IMG/VR virus record: IMGVR_UViG_3300024331_000002
Span: 1-44,584 of that record
Direction: 5' to 3' (one strand)
Length of the DNA stretch: 44,584 bases
Origin: a virus
Lineage: Duplodnaviria > Caudoviricetes
Shown piece after piece: positions 18,539 through 26,394 of the stretch. A model generated the notes under the pieces. It was not told the DNA's origin and did no database searches. It was given only the letters and a program-made list of their open reading frames with translations. Position 1 is the stretch's first letter, and each line of letters opens with the position of its first letter. The position numbers and the translations under genes were made by a program.

Positions 18539-19237
18539 TTATCCCCTGATGTAGCAGACGAGCCCGACAGCGTTCGTTCTGCTGAGTAAGCGCGCACGCA
18601 CGAATTTGGCGGTGTTCAGCGTGCAATCGGCGTGGAAGGTGTTGCTTGTTGCGTCTACTGTGCTGATGTTGAAGTTCGCCAGCGTCTGGTAGTTCGCGTC
18701 TGCATCGATGTCCGCGGCTTGGATGTCCAGTTCGAATACACCTGGCGCCGCTGAGAATTTGCCGTCTACCGCGAAGCCGAAAGACGAGGCAAGAGACTGC
18801 GGGCCTGCCAGAGCAAATGCTTTACCGGCTTGCGGAGGTGAGGGAGTTTCGAAAGCAATGGAGATGGCCGTGCCTGTTCCTCCAGTGTCGGGAATCTGAT
18901 GGAGCAGGACGTCGGAGATGGGAACAAGAGTGGCTGTGGTGGGTGAGCCGATGGCGGTAATGGTGTAAACGCCGCCAAAGGTTGTGCCGAGCACTGATGT
19001 GGGCTCAGTGCCTACCGCGGGAGGATCCGACACGAGGCCAATGCGGCATGTTCCGCCAACCAGGAAGTTGTGGTTGGCGCTGGTCGTGAGCGTTACTACG
19101 CCGCCAGCTGCGCGCACCAACCCGCCCGGCGAGGCCGCGATGGTCGCAGCCGTATTTACTCCAAAGCTGTGGCCCACGACCCCACGCATCAAGCCCGACA
19201 GAGGGTTTAGGAGCGAACCCTGAACGTAATTGGGCAT
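18539..19237 (-). CDS. Virion-like beta protein with FCCH-like beta-barrel module
   Basis: GGAG SD; TLTTSANHNFLVGG...FGGVYTITAI module, and a C-terminal jelly-roll-like ending (AKFVRARL). Confidence 0.7.
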   Translation of the reverse strand: MPNYVQGSLLNPLSGLMRGVVGHSFGVNTAATIAASPGGLVRAAGGVVTLTTSANHNFLVGGTCRIGLVSDPPAVGTEPTSVLGTTFGGVYTITAIGSPTTATLVPISDVLLHQIPDTGGTGTAISIAFETPSPPQAGKAFALAGPQSLASSFGFAVDGKFSAAPGVFELDIQAADIDADANYQTLANFNISTVDATSNTFHADCTLNTAKFVRARLLSRTNAVGLVCYIRG

Positions 19238-19246
19238 TGCCGCTCC

Positions 19247-19783
19247 TTAAACAGTGGTCTCGATCGTGTAGTACGTGGTGATGTGCATCGTGCCGTTGCC
19301 GGCCGCGAAGTTATTCGTTGCCTTTGAGATTGAGAAAGCGGCGTTGTCTGCGGTCGGAGGATTGGCAGCGGTGTCAGTCACGCCGACGCCGATAGCGGCC
19401 GCTGCCCACGGAATGACCTGCTTGCGGGTGTTCGGCGAAGTAGTGACGAGGAATAGCGCGTTGGAGGCCAGCGCGACCGTCAGCGTGCCGGCGCCAAGGC
19501 TTACCGCGCCACCTGCATCTGTGTAAGCTGCCGAGCCTGCGATCAGCCGCATGATCACTAACTGCGGCATGATGAAGAAGCCGACGCCCGGTGCGGCCAC
19601 GAGCGGAACGGACGTGCCCAGCAGCGCAAGGATCTGTGCTGAAGTCAGCGTCACATCCGAACGCAGCCAGGAAACGGCGCCAGGAATCGGGTTTTGCTGC
19701 CCTCCGGCGCCTGGAGCCTGAGTCACGCCAAAGAACGTCTGAGCATCGAACGGTTGTGCTGGTGCTGTTGCTACTGGTGCCAT
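19247..19783 (-). CDS. Stand-alone paralog of the tail-fibre C-terminal domain
   Basis: AGGAG SD. Shares ILALLGT, LVAAPGVGF, AYTDAGGAVS, TDTAANPPT.DNAA and TNNFAAG with the C-terminus of 6538..7893. Confidence 0.85.
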   Translation of the reverse strand: MAPVATAPAQPFDAQTFFGVTQAPGAGGQQNPIPGAVSWLRSDVTLTSAQILALLGTSVPLVAAPGVGFFIMPQLVIMRLIAGSAAYTDAGGAVSLGAGTLTVALASNALFLVTTSPNTRKQVIPWAAAAIGVGVTDTAANPPTADNAAFSISKATNNFAAGNGTMHITTYYTIETTV

Positions 19784-19796
19784 CTCGGGATCTCCT

Positions 19797-20087
19797 CTAA
19801 GTAAGTTGTAGTACTAATGGACCTGCGTAACCGCTTTGAACAGGCTCCCATATATCCAGCCTGCCCTTGGGAATGTGGATTGCCGCGCGTCGGCGTAGAT
19901 ACTTTTGCGATTCATCGAGCCAATCGGCGCGCTGCGCGCGAACTTCGATCAAAGCCTCGTGTCGAGTGATGTAATGCGAGAAGTGACCTTCAGGTAGGTG
20001 GAGCGCTACGTTGCGTCTAGCGATGGGTCTGCTCGTGAATGGACGCCTGGACCGCCCCGGCGTCGGGCTAGGTTCTAGGACTCTCTT
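19797..20087 (-). CDS. Possible hypothetical protein with uncertain start
   Basis: A 97-codon open frame exactly fills the gap and ends WEPVQSGYAGPLVLQLT. The only canonical start is TTG at 19952. Confidence 0.4.
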   Translation of the reverse strand, partial: KRVLEPSPTPGRSRRPFTSRPIARRNVALHLPEGHFSHYITRHEALIEVRAQRADWLDESQKYLRRRAAIHIPKGRLDIWEPVQSGYAGPLVLQLT

Positions 20088-20301
20088 CTACTAGCTTCGC
20101 TTTAGGCTGTCCATCACTACAAATAGCCAGTGCCCACATCATTTGCTCGGTTGTGCGATATCCGAGCCTTTGGCGCATGTCCCGCACCTGAATGCGCGTC
20201 CAAGTAGCGTTTAGCCCCAGCTCTCCGGCTATCTCCTTGAGGGTCTTGCCTTGCGCGAGACTGGCTACGATGGCTGATTCGCGCGGCGTTAGGCTGGTCA
20301 T
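20068..20301 (-). CDS. Solo LuxR/GerE-type HTH regulator 1
   Basis: LTPRESAIVASLAQGKTLKEIAGELGL...MRQRLG matches the LuxR C-terminal HTH consensus. Confidence 0.85.
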   Translation of the reverse strand: MTSLTPRESAIVASLAQGKTLKEIAGELGLNATWTRIQVRDMRQRLGYRTTEQMMWALAICSDGQPKAKLVEESPRT

Positions 20302-20657
20302 GGGCGCGATTCGGCCTCTTTTTCATGCTCTCTCAATGACTTAGCGTCTGGCCATATCTCCAGCACATCTGCCTTTGTTAGCAAGCGGTTGCGGTATTTG
20401 TCGTTTACCTGCTCGATGACATCATCGGGCATTGGAACGCACATCACCTGCCCACCTGGATTGATATTCAGCCGATGACACTTCGAAACTGCATCGGTTA
20501 TCCCGTGGGCTTTAATTAGCACAACGCCGCGGAACACTTCGTCCGCGAATGATACGTAATGCCAGGATTCGGGCTCCTCTAATTCCCGCCGAGTTATCTC
20601 CGCAACTCGTGCCTTCCATTGAGCTTTCGTTTGCTTTTTAGCTTTCACTTCGCCCAT
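20298..20657 (-). CDS. Hypothetical protein
   Basis: GGAG SD before ATG 20657; ATGA-coupled to the LuxR gene. Confidence 0.7.
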   Translation of the reverse strand: MGEVKAKKQTKAQWKARVAEITRRELEEPESWHYVSFADEVFRGVVLIKAHGITDAVSKCHRLNINPGGQVMCVPMPDDVIEQVNDKYRNRLLTKADVLEIWPDAKSLREHEKEAESRP

Positions 20658-20899
20658 TTCTCCCTCCACTCCGCTTCGCCTGATTCGTCGCGCGAGTCCA
20701 CTTGGCGCTGGAGCCAGGGCGCTTCCACTCGATCGCGCAGTGCGTGCAGACGTACAACTTCAGCTTGCGTAGGTACCAGACCGTTGGCTTCTTTCTCCCG
20801 CATAGTGGACAAGTCATTCAACGCCTCTATCTTTGGCCTCAGCTCGCGCAGGCAAATTCCAAGCATGGCGCAGTTTGGTGGCTGGAGCCGGCGCTTCAC
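20645..20899 (-). CDS. Hypothetical protein
   Basis: GTGA coupling; 84 aa. Confidence 0.55.
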   Translation of the reverse strand: MKRRLQPPNCAMLGICLRELRPKIEALNDLSTMREKEANGLVPTQAEVVRLHALRDRVEAPWLQRQVDSRDESGEAEWREKWAK

Positions 20900-21045
20900 A
20901 GCACGCCTTCTTTGATGAACGCATCAATCGCAATCCTATCTAAATACATGAGATATTTGTGCGCATCGCGCCGATCATCAAACGTTCGCGCATAGAGCTT
21001 CCGCCACTTTCTCTCGTATGGCGTTACTCTCCAGATTCGGCTCAC
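20896..21045 (-). CDS. Hypothetical 49-aa protein; absent from the ORF track
   Basis: GTGA overlaps at both ends; MSRIWRVTPYERKWRKLYARTFDDRRDAHKYLMYLDRIAIDAFIKEGVL. Confidence 0.6.
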   Translation of the reverse strand: MSRIWRVTPYERKWRKLYARTFDDRRDAHKYLMYLDRIAIDAFIKEGVL

Positions 21046-21365
21046 AGTAGGTTTTCCTCTAAGAACTCTTTCGCTGCCCCGTTCAGTATGTCTCGATTCA
21101 CAAAGCGCAGGATGCGCCAGCCATTCAGCTGTGCTAAGTTCTGCTTTTCGTAGTCTTTAGCCAGTGCTTCGCCGCGCCTATGGCCTCCGTTGAATTGCCC
21201 GCCATCGCACTCAAACGCCATGCGAATCTCCGGTATCGCCAAATCGAAGGTAAAGCGCCGGTCAGGCAAGAATTTGAATTGCTCGCGGATGTCGCGAAAG
21301 CCCAACTCTGCTAGATGCGTCTTGAGCAGGATCTCCGCTTCTCGCCGCTTGGCGCCCTTGCTCAC
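21042..21365 (-). CDS. PD-(D/E)XK endonuclease, DUF559/Vsr-like
   Basis: EQFKF...RRFTFDLA.PE.RMAFECDGG...H...DYEK.N.AQL.GWRILRF. Confidence 0.85.
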   Translation of the reverse strand: MSKGAKRREAEILLKTHLAELGFRDIREQFKFLPDRRFTFDLAIPEIRMAFECDGGQFNGGHRRGEALAKDYEKQNLAQLNGWRILRFVNRDILNGAAKEFLEENLL

Positions 21366-21742
21366 GCCTGCCTCAGTTCTTCGTGCTCTGCGCGGTTTCT
21401 GGCTCTTATTTGCTCGCGTTGCTGGGCATCTACGATGTCATGATGGCGCCGGCATAACGCCCTCAGCTTGGATAATCGGTCGTCGCGCAATACCGATCTA
21501 AGCTCCTCGTGGTGAGGATCATCTGCTGATTCCCAGCACCGCTGCGCATATCCACCACAAACACCCCAACTCCGCGTGGAAGTGTATTCGCACCGACCGC
21601 CGCTACGCTCCTGTAGTTCCTTTACGCGCTGCTTCCAGTCTCTGCCTTTCAGCACTTCGCGCCCATCCTGATACACCTTGGACTTAGGGTCTTTGTAGCC
21701 CAGTTCTCGCTTACGCTCAGGGTCCAGAAATGCGATACTCAT
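21362..21742 (-). CDS. HNH-family endonuclease-like protein
   Basis: W...V.ERSGGRCE...C....DDPHH...D.L.KLRALCRRHH. Confidence 0.7.
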   Translation of the reverse strand: MSIAFLDPERKRELGYKDPKSKVYQDGREVLKGRDWKQRVKELQERSGGRCEYTSTRSWGVCGGYAQRCWESADDPHHEELRSVLRDDRLSKLRALCRRHHDIVDAQQREQIRARNRAEHEELRQA

Positions 21743-22041
21743 TCAACGCCCTCGCACAGGTTCCTGATTTCGTCCTCGCTCAAGTCCCAGCGGTCAGCCA
21801 TGAGGCTTAGGCACACGCTCTTGTTGCCAACGCTGAACCAGCGATCCTTTAACTCGTTTAGCTTGCTATACATATGCTCATCGTCGGTTTGCATCACGAA
21901 CTTGGTCTTCGGCTTCGGCCCTTTATTCTCGATTCGCGCCTTTGCCTCTTCCTCAATTAGCACGACATGGCACTTCTCTTGCCCGCGGCCCTTGCCGCGC
22001 AGAAAGCCTAGCCGCTCCCATTCACTGTCGATTGTCGCCAT
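21739..22041 (-). CDS. Hypothetical protein
   Basis: Coupled on both sides; 100 aa. Confidence 0.7.
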   Translation of the reverse strand: MATIDSEWERLGFLRGKGRGQEKCHVVLIEEEAKARIENKGPKPKTKFVMQTDDEHMYSKLNELKDRWFSVGNKSVCLSLMADRWDLSEDEIRNLCEGVE

Positions 22042-22223
22042 TAGTAGAGTTCCATTCGCAATTCGCCTTCATCGTCAAACCAAAACTCGCCTACTACTTT
22101 GCCGCGCGGCTCGCCTATAAAGTTCATGCCCAGTACCACAGCGTTTTCGGCTCGTTCTAAAGGGCAGTAAGTAGGAGGTTCGGTGTTGCGTTCTTTTACC
22201 CACTCAGCCCACATTTCGCTCAT
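22041..22223 (-). CDS. Hypothetical protein
   Basis: Coupled on both sides; 60 aa. Confidence 0.6.
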   Translation of the reverse strand: MSEMWAEWVKERNTEPPTYCPLERAENAVVLGMNFIGEPRGKVVGEFWFDDEGELRMELY

Positions 22224-22507
22224 AGGACCTTCTTCCGAAACTTATGCTCGCAAGCGCAACACCGCTTCCGCCCAGCTTGCCGTTGCTCGCCAGACAAGAT
22301 GCAGCCGCAGTCGTGGCACAGCTTGCTGCGCGTGGGCAGGTAAATCACCGCCATGTGCGCGCATCTTCGAGTCTTGGCATAGTCGGCCCACGCCGAGCAG
22401 CGAAAGACCAAGCGCTGAGTCTCCTCGAAGTTCTGGCAATTCGGGTTTACGCGTACGGCTTCGGACTGCTCTTGCATCTTGGCGTGTACATGCATTGGAC
22501 AGCGCAT
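22220..22507 (-). CDS. Cys-rich (Zn-finger-like) protein
   Basis: CPMH, C..C and CC.C motifs; TAATG and ATGA coupling. Confidence 0.6.
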   Translation of the reverse strand: MRCPMHVHAKMQEQSEAVRVNPNCQNFEETQRLVFRCSAWADYAKTRRCAHMAVIYLPTRSKLCHDCGCILSGEQRQAGRKRCCACEHKFRKKVL

Positions 22508-22707
22508 TATTTAGGCACCAGCTTGAAAAAGTGCCGTAGTATCTCCAGCCGGCCGTGCGCGCCAGTCTTTTCCGTCACAATCTCGATGTAGCTGTTCACT
22601 GTGCGCCGGCTAACGTTCAGGCTGTCCGCTATCTCCTGCTGCTGCTTCCCCTGCGCGATCAGCTCCACTAGCGTGCGCTGCTGCTTCGGTAGCTCGTTCA
22701 GCTTCAT
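22507..22707 (-). CDS. Solo LuxR/GerE-type HTH regulator 2
   Basis: GGGGAG SD; LPKQQRTLVELIAQGKQQQEIADSLNVSRRTVNSYIEIVTEKTGAHGR. Confidence 0.88.
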   Translation of the reverse strand: MKLNELPKQQRTLVELIAQGKQQQEIADSLNVSRRTVNSYIEIVTEKTGAHGRLEILRHFFKLVPK

Positions 22708-22803
22708 GTACGCTCCCCAAGGGCTCTAATTCCAGAGACACTAAATTGCCCTGATTGTTCTTATTCGCTCTCACGACTCGCGCGATGATGGCGACTTTTT
22801 GAC

Positions 22804-23070
22804 TTACTGCCTCCATTCAAATGCCTCCAGCCCGTAATAGACGTGCCGCGAATGAATCGACGCGCGAAAGCGGTATAACTCCAAAGCAAACACCGCCCCT
22901 TTGTGCTTCGCCCTGGTGTGCGTCAACATCTCGTCTTTTCCGTCAGCGCGACCTTCCACGGTAAATCCGCAGTCCACGCATTGGTGGTAAACAAACCAAT
23001 CTTCATTGTCATGGAAGCACCTAGTTATCCAGCCGGGGTGAATCGACCGCGCCATTTCTAGGATACTCAT
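22804..23070 (-). CDS. C2H2-like Zn-finger protein
   Basis: CVDCG...HTRAKH; ATGA-coupled to the initiator gene. Confidence 0.6.
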   Translation of the reverse strand: MSILEMARSIHPGWITRCFHDNEDWFVYHQCVDCGFTVEGRADGKDEMLTHTRAKHKGAVFALELYRFRASIHSRHVYYGLEAFEWRQ

Positions 23071-23822
23071 AGGGGCGTCACCTTGTAAGCTTTCTCGGCT
23101 TCGATCTTTTCTATCTCGCGCTTGTGGGCGAAGAACCTTCCAGGGACAGAAATCTTAAGACTGCAACACCGTTGAATCGCTCGCTCCATAGCGTCCGCGA
23201 AGGAAGGATTGCCTGGAGCCTGCCACTCTTCGGTCCAGATTCTTTTGAATTTCTCCGAACCGAAAGGCTCACAATTCATTGCAGAGAAGGCGGCGGCAAC
23301 TACCGCCTCTTCTGTATCTACTTCTCCTTCTACATCTGTCTCTACTTCTACCTCTGTCTTGTTACTTTGGTTGTAACTATCCTTGTAACCTTGGTTGTAA
23401 CCATCTTTCTTCTTCCGATACTTCTTTTGGCGGTTGTATTCGGACTGGTACTTGTCCCAGTTTAGTAGTTCCAGCTTGAGCAGTCGTATAGGCGCTTCAT
23501 GGGTGACTTCAAGCGCGATCTTCCCAGTTCGAACGAAAAGAGTGAGCGTCTCCTCGACGTTCAAAGGCTCCGACATCAGCGACTGATACTTGTTGATTGG
23601 ATACCCTATGTACTTGTTATCAGGGGTTTTACCAGCGCAGATGATACCAGGGTAGCGGGAGCGTCCAGCAAGTGCGAGGAGGTCTATCCAGAAGGCGCGT
23701 TGCGCGTCAGACATCTCAAAGCGAGTAGTACCGTCGAGCCATTCGTTGACCCATAATTTGACCCAAGACCGTCGCCCAAATCTCGGATTCACTGTAACCT
23801 CATCAATCAATAATGCCTCCAT
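23067..23822 (-). CDS. Phage replication initiator (replisome-organiser/lambda O-like); true start may be TTG 23810
   Basis: WVKL...WIDLLALAG...NWDKYQ...RQKKYR N-terminal domain, iteron-coding linker, acidic EVEVETD tract. Confidence 0.8.
   Translation of the reverse strand: MEALLIDEVTVNPRFGRRSWVKLWVNEWLDGTTRFEMSDAQRAFWIDLLALAGRSRYPGIICAGKTPDNKYIGYPINKYQSLMSEPLNVEETLTLFVRTGKIALEVTHEAPIRLLKLELLNWDKYQSEYNRQKKYRKKKDGYNQGYKDSYNQSNKTEVEVETDVEGEVDTEEAVVAAAFSAMNCEPFGSEKFKRIWTEEWQAPGNPSFADAMERAIQRCCSLKISVPGRFFAHKREIEKIEAEKAYKVTPL
23359..23406. repeat. Four 12-bp iteron-like repeats (putative replication origin)
   Basis: TTGTTACTTTGG / TTGTAACTATCC / TTGTAACCTTGG / TTGTAACCATCT inside the initiator gene, beside a strand-biased pyrimidine tract. 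Confidence 0.75.
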
Positions 23823-23920
23823 ATTAGTAACTTAGTGACACGAAAAGCAAGCGAAAACTGTAACTGTGTGTGACTTTCTTTCGTAACTCGACTTATAACC
23901 GCCGCCCCCGACCGTTGAAT

Positions 23921-24943
23921 CTACTGCTTCCCCGAACCCGTTTGCGCCTCGCTGGGCGCTGGCCCCATCGCTGGCACGTCTTCGCTGCCAAGTACGGCCC
24001 ACGGAGTCTCGGGATACTTGAGCCGATTACCCTTTTCCTTCTCCGCGTGTTCCCGCGTGGCATGAACCGAATGAACGCGCCTATCCTGCTCGACTATCCA
24101 GACTGTCTCGTACCTTCGCGGCGCTGGCCCACGCATGAACTTCAAGAGTTCAGTGGCAAGCTGTTTCTCTAGTTTGTTCCAAAACGGTGACGCAATACCC
24201 GCGCTAAGTGCGCTTGTATTCAATTCTGGCAAGGTAAAATCTTGGTCTGCGGGCGCTGGCCCCGGCTCCCTCGCCGCCTGCACGCGCCGGTATTCGTACA
24301 GTGCTTTCAGCATGACCTTGTAAGTGTTGAATGCTTCGGTGAGCCATTCCATCGGGTCGCTGTGTTTTAGGCGCTCGGACTCCTGTCCAGCCGTAAAGCC
24401 ATCGGACCACTCTTCGCTCTGCATCGCCGCCGCGCCAGTCTCTGCTTGTAACCCCTGCGATGTGGGCTGCTGCATGGCTACCGCCACATTTGGGAATGCT
24501 GATTCCAGAGCCATAAGTTCATCACGCAACTCCTGCTCACGCTTACAGCACCAGCTATCGTCATCGTGACCAGTTCCGTACTGATGCCAATTTGTGGCTT
24601 CCTCTAGCCGCGCCGTGGCCACTTGGTGCGCTAGCTCGAAGCGTTGCCCATCCTGAGGTGGTAGGGAAGAGTCCGTGGCGCTCGCCCCCAGCGCGGCCTC
24701 CAATGGCCTGCCCCATAAGTCCAATCCTTTAGCGCGGTTCTCGATTGCGTTGATGCAACGATGCATCGCCTGCGTGTAATGTTCGCGCTCTGGACCGCCC
24801 CAAGCTCCAATGGCGTCTTGTATGTCCTCGATACAGGCTTCTCGCTCCAGATTGCGTGCGCTCTCCCGCCCCGACTCCTGCCATACGCGCTTCTGCTCCA
24901 GAAACTCGGTGTAGGTCATCTGGATGATGGTTTTGTCGATCAT
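23921..24943 (-). CDS. Mosaic hypothetical protein (340 aa)
   Basis: Start reassigned to ATG 24943 (ATGA with the upstream microgene, GGAG SD). Several short domains separated by A/P-rich linkers. Confidence 0.65.
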   Translation of the reverse strand: MIDKTIIQMTYTEFLEQKRVWQESGRESARNLEREACIEDIQDAIGAWGGPEREHYTQAMHRCINAIENRAKGLDLWGRPLEAALGASATDSSLPPQDGQRFELAHQVATARLEEATNWHQYGTGHDDDSWCCKREQELRDELMALESAFPNVAVAMQQPTSQGLQAETGAAAMQSEEWSDGFTAGQESERLKHSDPMEWLTEAFNTYKVMLKALYEYRRVQAAREPGPAPADQDFTLPELNTSALSAGIASPFWNKLEKQLATELLKFMRGPAPRRYETVWIVEQDRRVHSVHATREHAEKEKGNRLKYPETPWAVLGSEDVPAMGPAPSEAQTGSGKQ

Positions 24944-25086
24944 GGGCGCTTCTCCAATCCACAGCATGAACAGCGCATCGCCTTCAATCGCTGAACTGGC
25001 CAGCCTAAAATCGGCATTCGCACTGTCTCCCATTCCAACATCCATTGATGGCCAGTGAGCCAGCAGCAGACTTGTTTCAAAGTCAT
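24940..25086 (-). CDS. DUF1660-like 48-aa Zn-binding prophage microprotein; absent from the ORF track
   Basis: MTLKQVCCWLTGHQW...RCSCCG matches the C.L.GH.W...C..CG pattern; ATGA coupled. Confidence 0.65.
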   Translation of the reverse strand: MTLKQVCCWLTGHQWMLEWETVRMPILGWPVQRLKAMRCSCCGLEKRP

Positions 25087-25147
25087 CGCTCCACACACTT
25101 AATCTCTAGCACTTCTGCCAGCGTCATCGAGACTTCGGGGTGGGGAG

Positions 25148-25348
25148 TCATGGCTTGAACCCGTTGCTTGCCAGCCATTCGTCGGCCTCTTTCATGGCAT
25201 CCTCGCGCTTACACTTGCCCTGCTCTGCCGCCTCCAGCGCGATCAGTGCCATGAGTCCCTCAGCGAACCATCGCGGACACTCGAAAGCGCCAACATCCAC
25301 GATGCGATTCATGGGATTGCGACGCTCTGTAGTCCTTCGCTCGCTCAT
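25148..25348 (-). CDS. Hypothetical protein
   Basis: GGAG SD; 66 aa. Confidence 0.6.
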   Translation of the reverse strand: MSERRTTERRNPMNRIVDVGAFECPRWFAEGLMALIALEAAEQGKCKREDAMKEADEWLASNGFKP

Positions 25349-25384
25349 CTCTGCTCCATCCCTTCCCCTCTCTTTGTAACTACT

Positions 25385-25849
25385 GCGGTGCTGGCTACTT
25401 CGCGGCTACCGCATCACTTATCCAGAGTTAGTTTGTCTTTCCACTCAGCAGTCCAATGGCCGCCGGATTCGTCCTTTTCCTTGATTGACACTTCCATTTG
25501 CTTGGTAAAACCAGATGATTCCGCTACAAGAAACACTCTCGTATCACCGAAGCCAACTCGGGCCTTCTTATAAAAGTCATCGATGGTTTGCAGTACCGCT
25601 GCATATTCCATTGCGGTATCTGACATCGATTCAAGAGCCTTGCCATTGAGTCCTTGTTGCCGTACGAAGCTCTGTACGGAGCAATAGAGAGCACTGCAAG
25701 CGAATCGAAGGTGCCTAACTTCTAAGGCGCTCGACCGCGCTATCTCCATCGGTTTACGAATCTCTGGCTGTTCTGGCTTAAGTGGCGTTTCCTTTTTCAC
25801 AGCGTCTCCTTAGATTCCTTGGTGCGGTAGCCATGATCTACTCCACCGC
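25385..25849. repeat. Imperfect inverted repeats (25385-25416 and 25820-25849) bracketing gene 25414..25800
   Basis: GCGGTG-n13-GGCTACCGCATCA versus the reverse complement GCGGTG-n11-GGCTACCGCACCA. Confidence 0.55.
25414..25800 (-). CDS. Hypothetical protein (AT-richer, moron-like)
   Basis: AAGGAG SD, GTG start; non-coding gaps on both sides. Confidence 0.7.
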   Translation of the reverse strand: MKKETPLKPEQPEIRKPMEIARSSALEVRHLRFACSALYCSVQSFVRQQGLNGKALESMSDTAMEYAAVLQTIDDFYKKARVGFGDTRVFLVAESSGFTKQMEVSIKEKDESGGHWTAEWKDKLTLDK

Positions 25850-25885
25850 TCGGTGTGTGAGAAAGCTCCATCCCTTCCTGGAAGG

Positions 25886-26224
25886 TCATGCTGCCCACAC
25901 GCTAAGACTTAAGGCCCACAGCACGCAAAGGTGCAGCACGTTATCCACCACAATGATCGACCACGGAGCCATCGGCGGCTGCGCGAACTTTGCCTGCCCT
26001 TTGATTCTCATGAACCAAGCCACGAAATCGGTGCGGTCCTGCGCAAAGTGAGTCACAAACACGATGGCGATTGCCTGCCAGTGCCAGCGAGTCGCCAGCC
26101 AAATTGTCAGCGTGTAGAGCAGGACGTGGACGAAGCACGGCCAACTGGCCTTTTTCTTGTTCAGCGCCATCCAATCGTTCTGTAGCAGGTAGTCGCCAAT
26201 CAAATGACCCATGAGCCAGTTCAC
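25886..26224 (-). CDS. DUF3307-family membrane protein
   Basis: HLIGDYLLQNDWMA..K...H..LY...THF.QD...DN..H. Confidence 0.85.
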   Translation of the reverse strand: MNWLMGHLIGDYLLQNDWMALNKKKASWPCFVHVLLYTLTIWLATRWHWQAIAIVFVTHFAQDRTDFVAWFMRIKGQAKFAQPPMAPWSIIVVDNVLHLCVLWALSLSVWAA

Positions 26225-26394
26225 TTGGTCCCCTCCCGCGCTTCCGCAATCGCTGCCCGCTCTTTCTTGCTAGGTGGCAAGCCGATGCGAATGAAGCAGC
26301 AGGTGCAATCCATGCACGCTCCGCTGCGCCTATCACCTTCCACAAATGGGAAATGTCGCGACTCTGGATGCCCGCATTCACACATATCACTCAT
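26221..26394 (-). CDS. Cys/His Zn-binding microprotein
   Basis: CECGH...H...C..CTC; GAGGAG SD before ATG 26394. Confidence 0.6.
   Translation of the reverse strand: MSDMCECGHPESRHFPFVEGDRRSGACMDCTCCFIRIGLPPSKKERAAIAEAREGTK

Noticed and set aside
6538-19783. Diversity-generating retroelement TR/VR pair for the duplicated fibre tip
   Set aside because: No reverse transcriptase is present, differences are not adenine-specific, and both copies are intact coding genes.
22610-22816. 68-aa ORF upstream of LuxR-2
   Set aside because: Half of it overlaps LuxR-2 out of frame with shadow-like composition; it could be real but I cannot support it.
23359-23406. CRISPR or mini-array
   Set aside because: Contiguous 12-bp units with no spacers, inside a replication gene; these fit iterons.
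24944-25096. N-terminal 51 aa of the 391-aa ORF
   Set aside because: This stretch is better explained by the DUF1660-like microgene in another frame, ATGA-coupled to ATG 24943.
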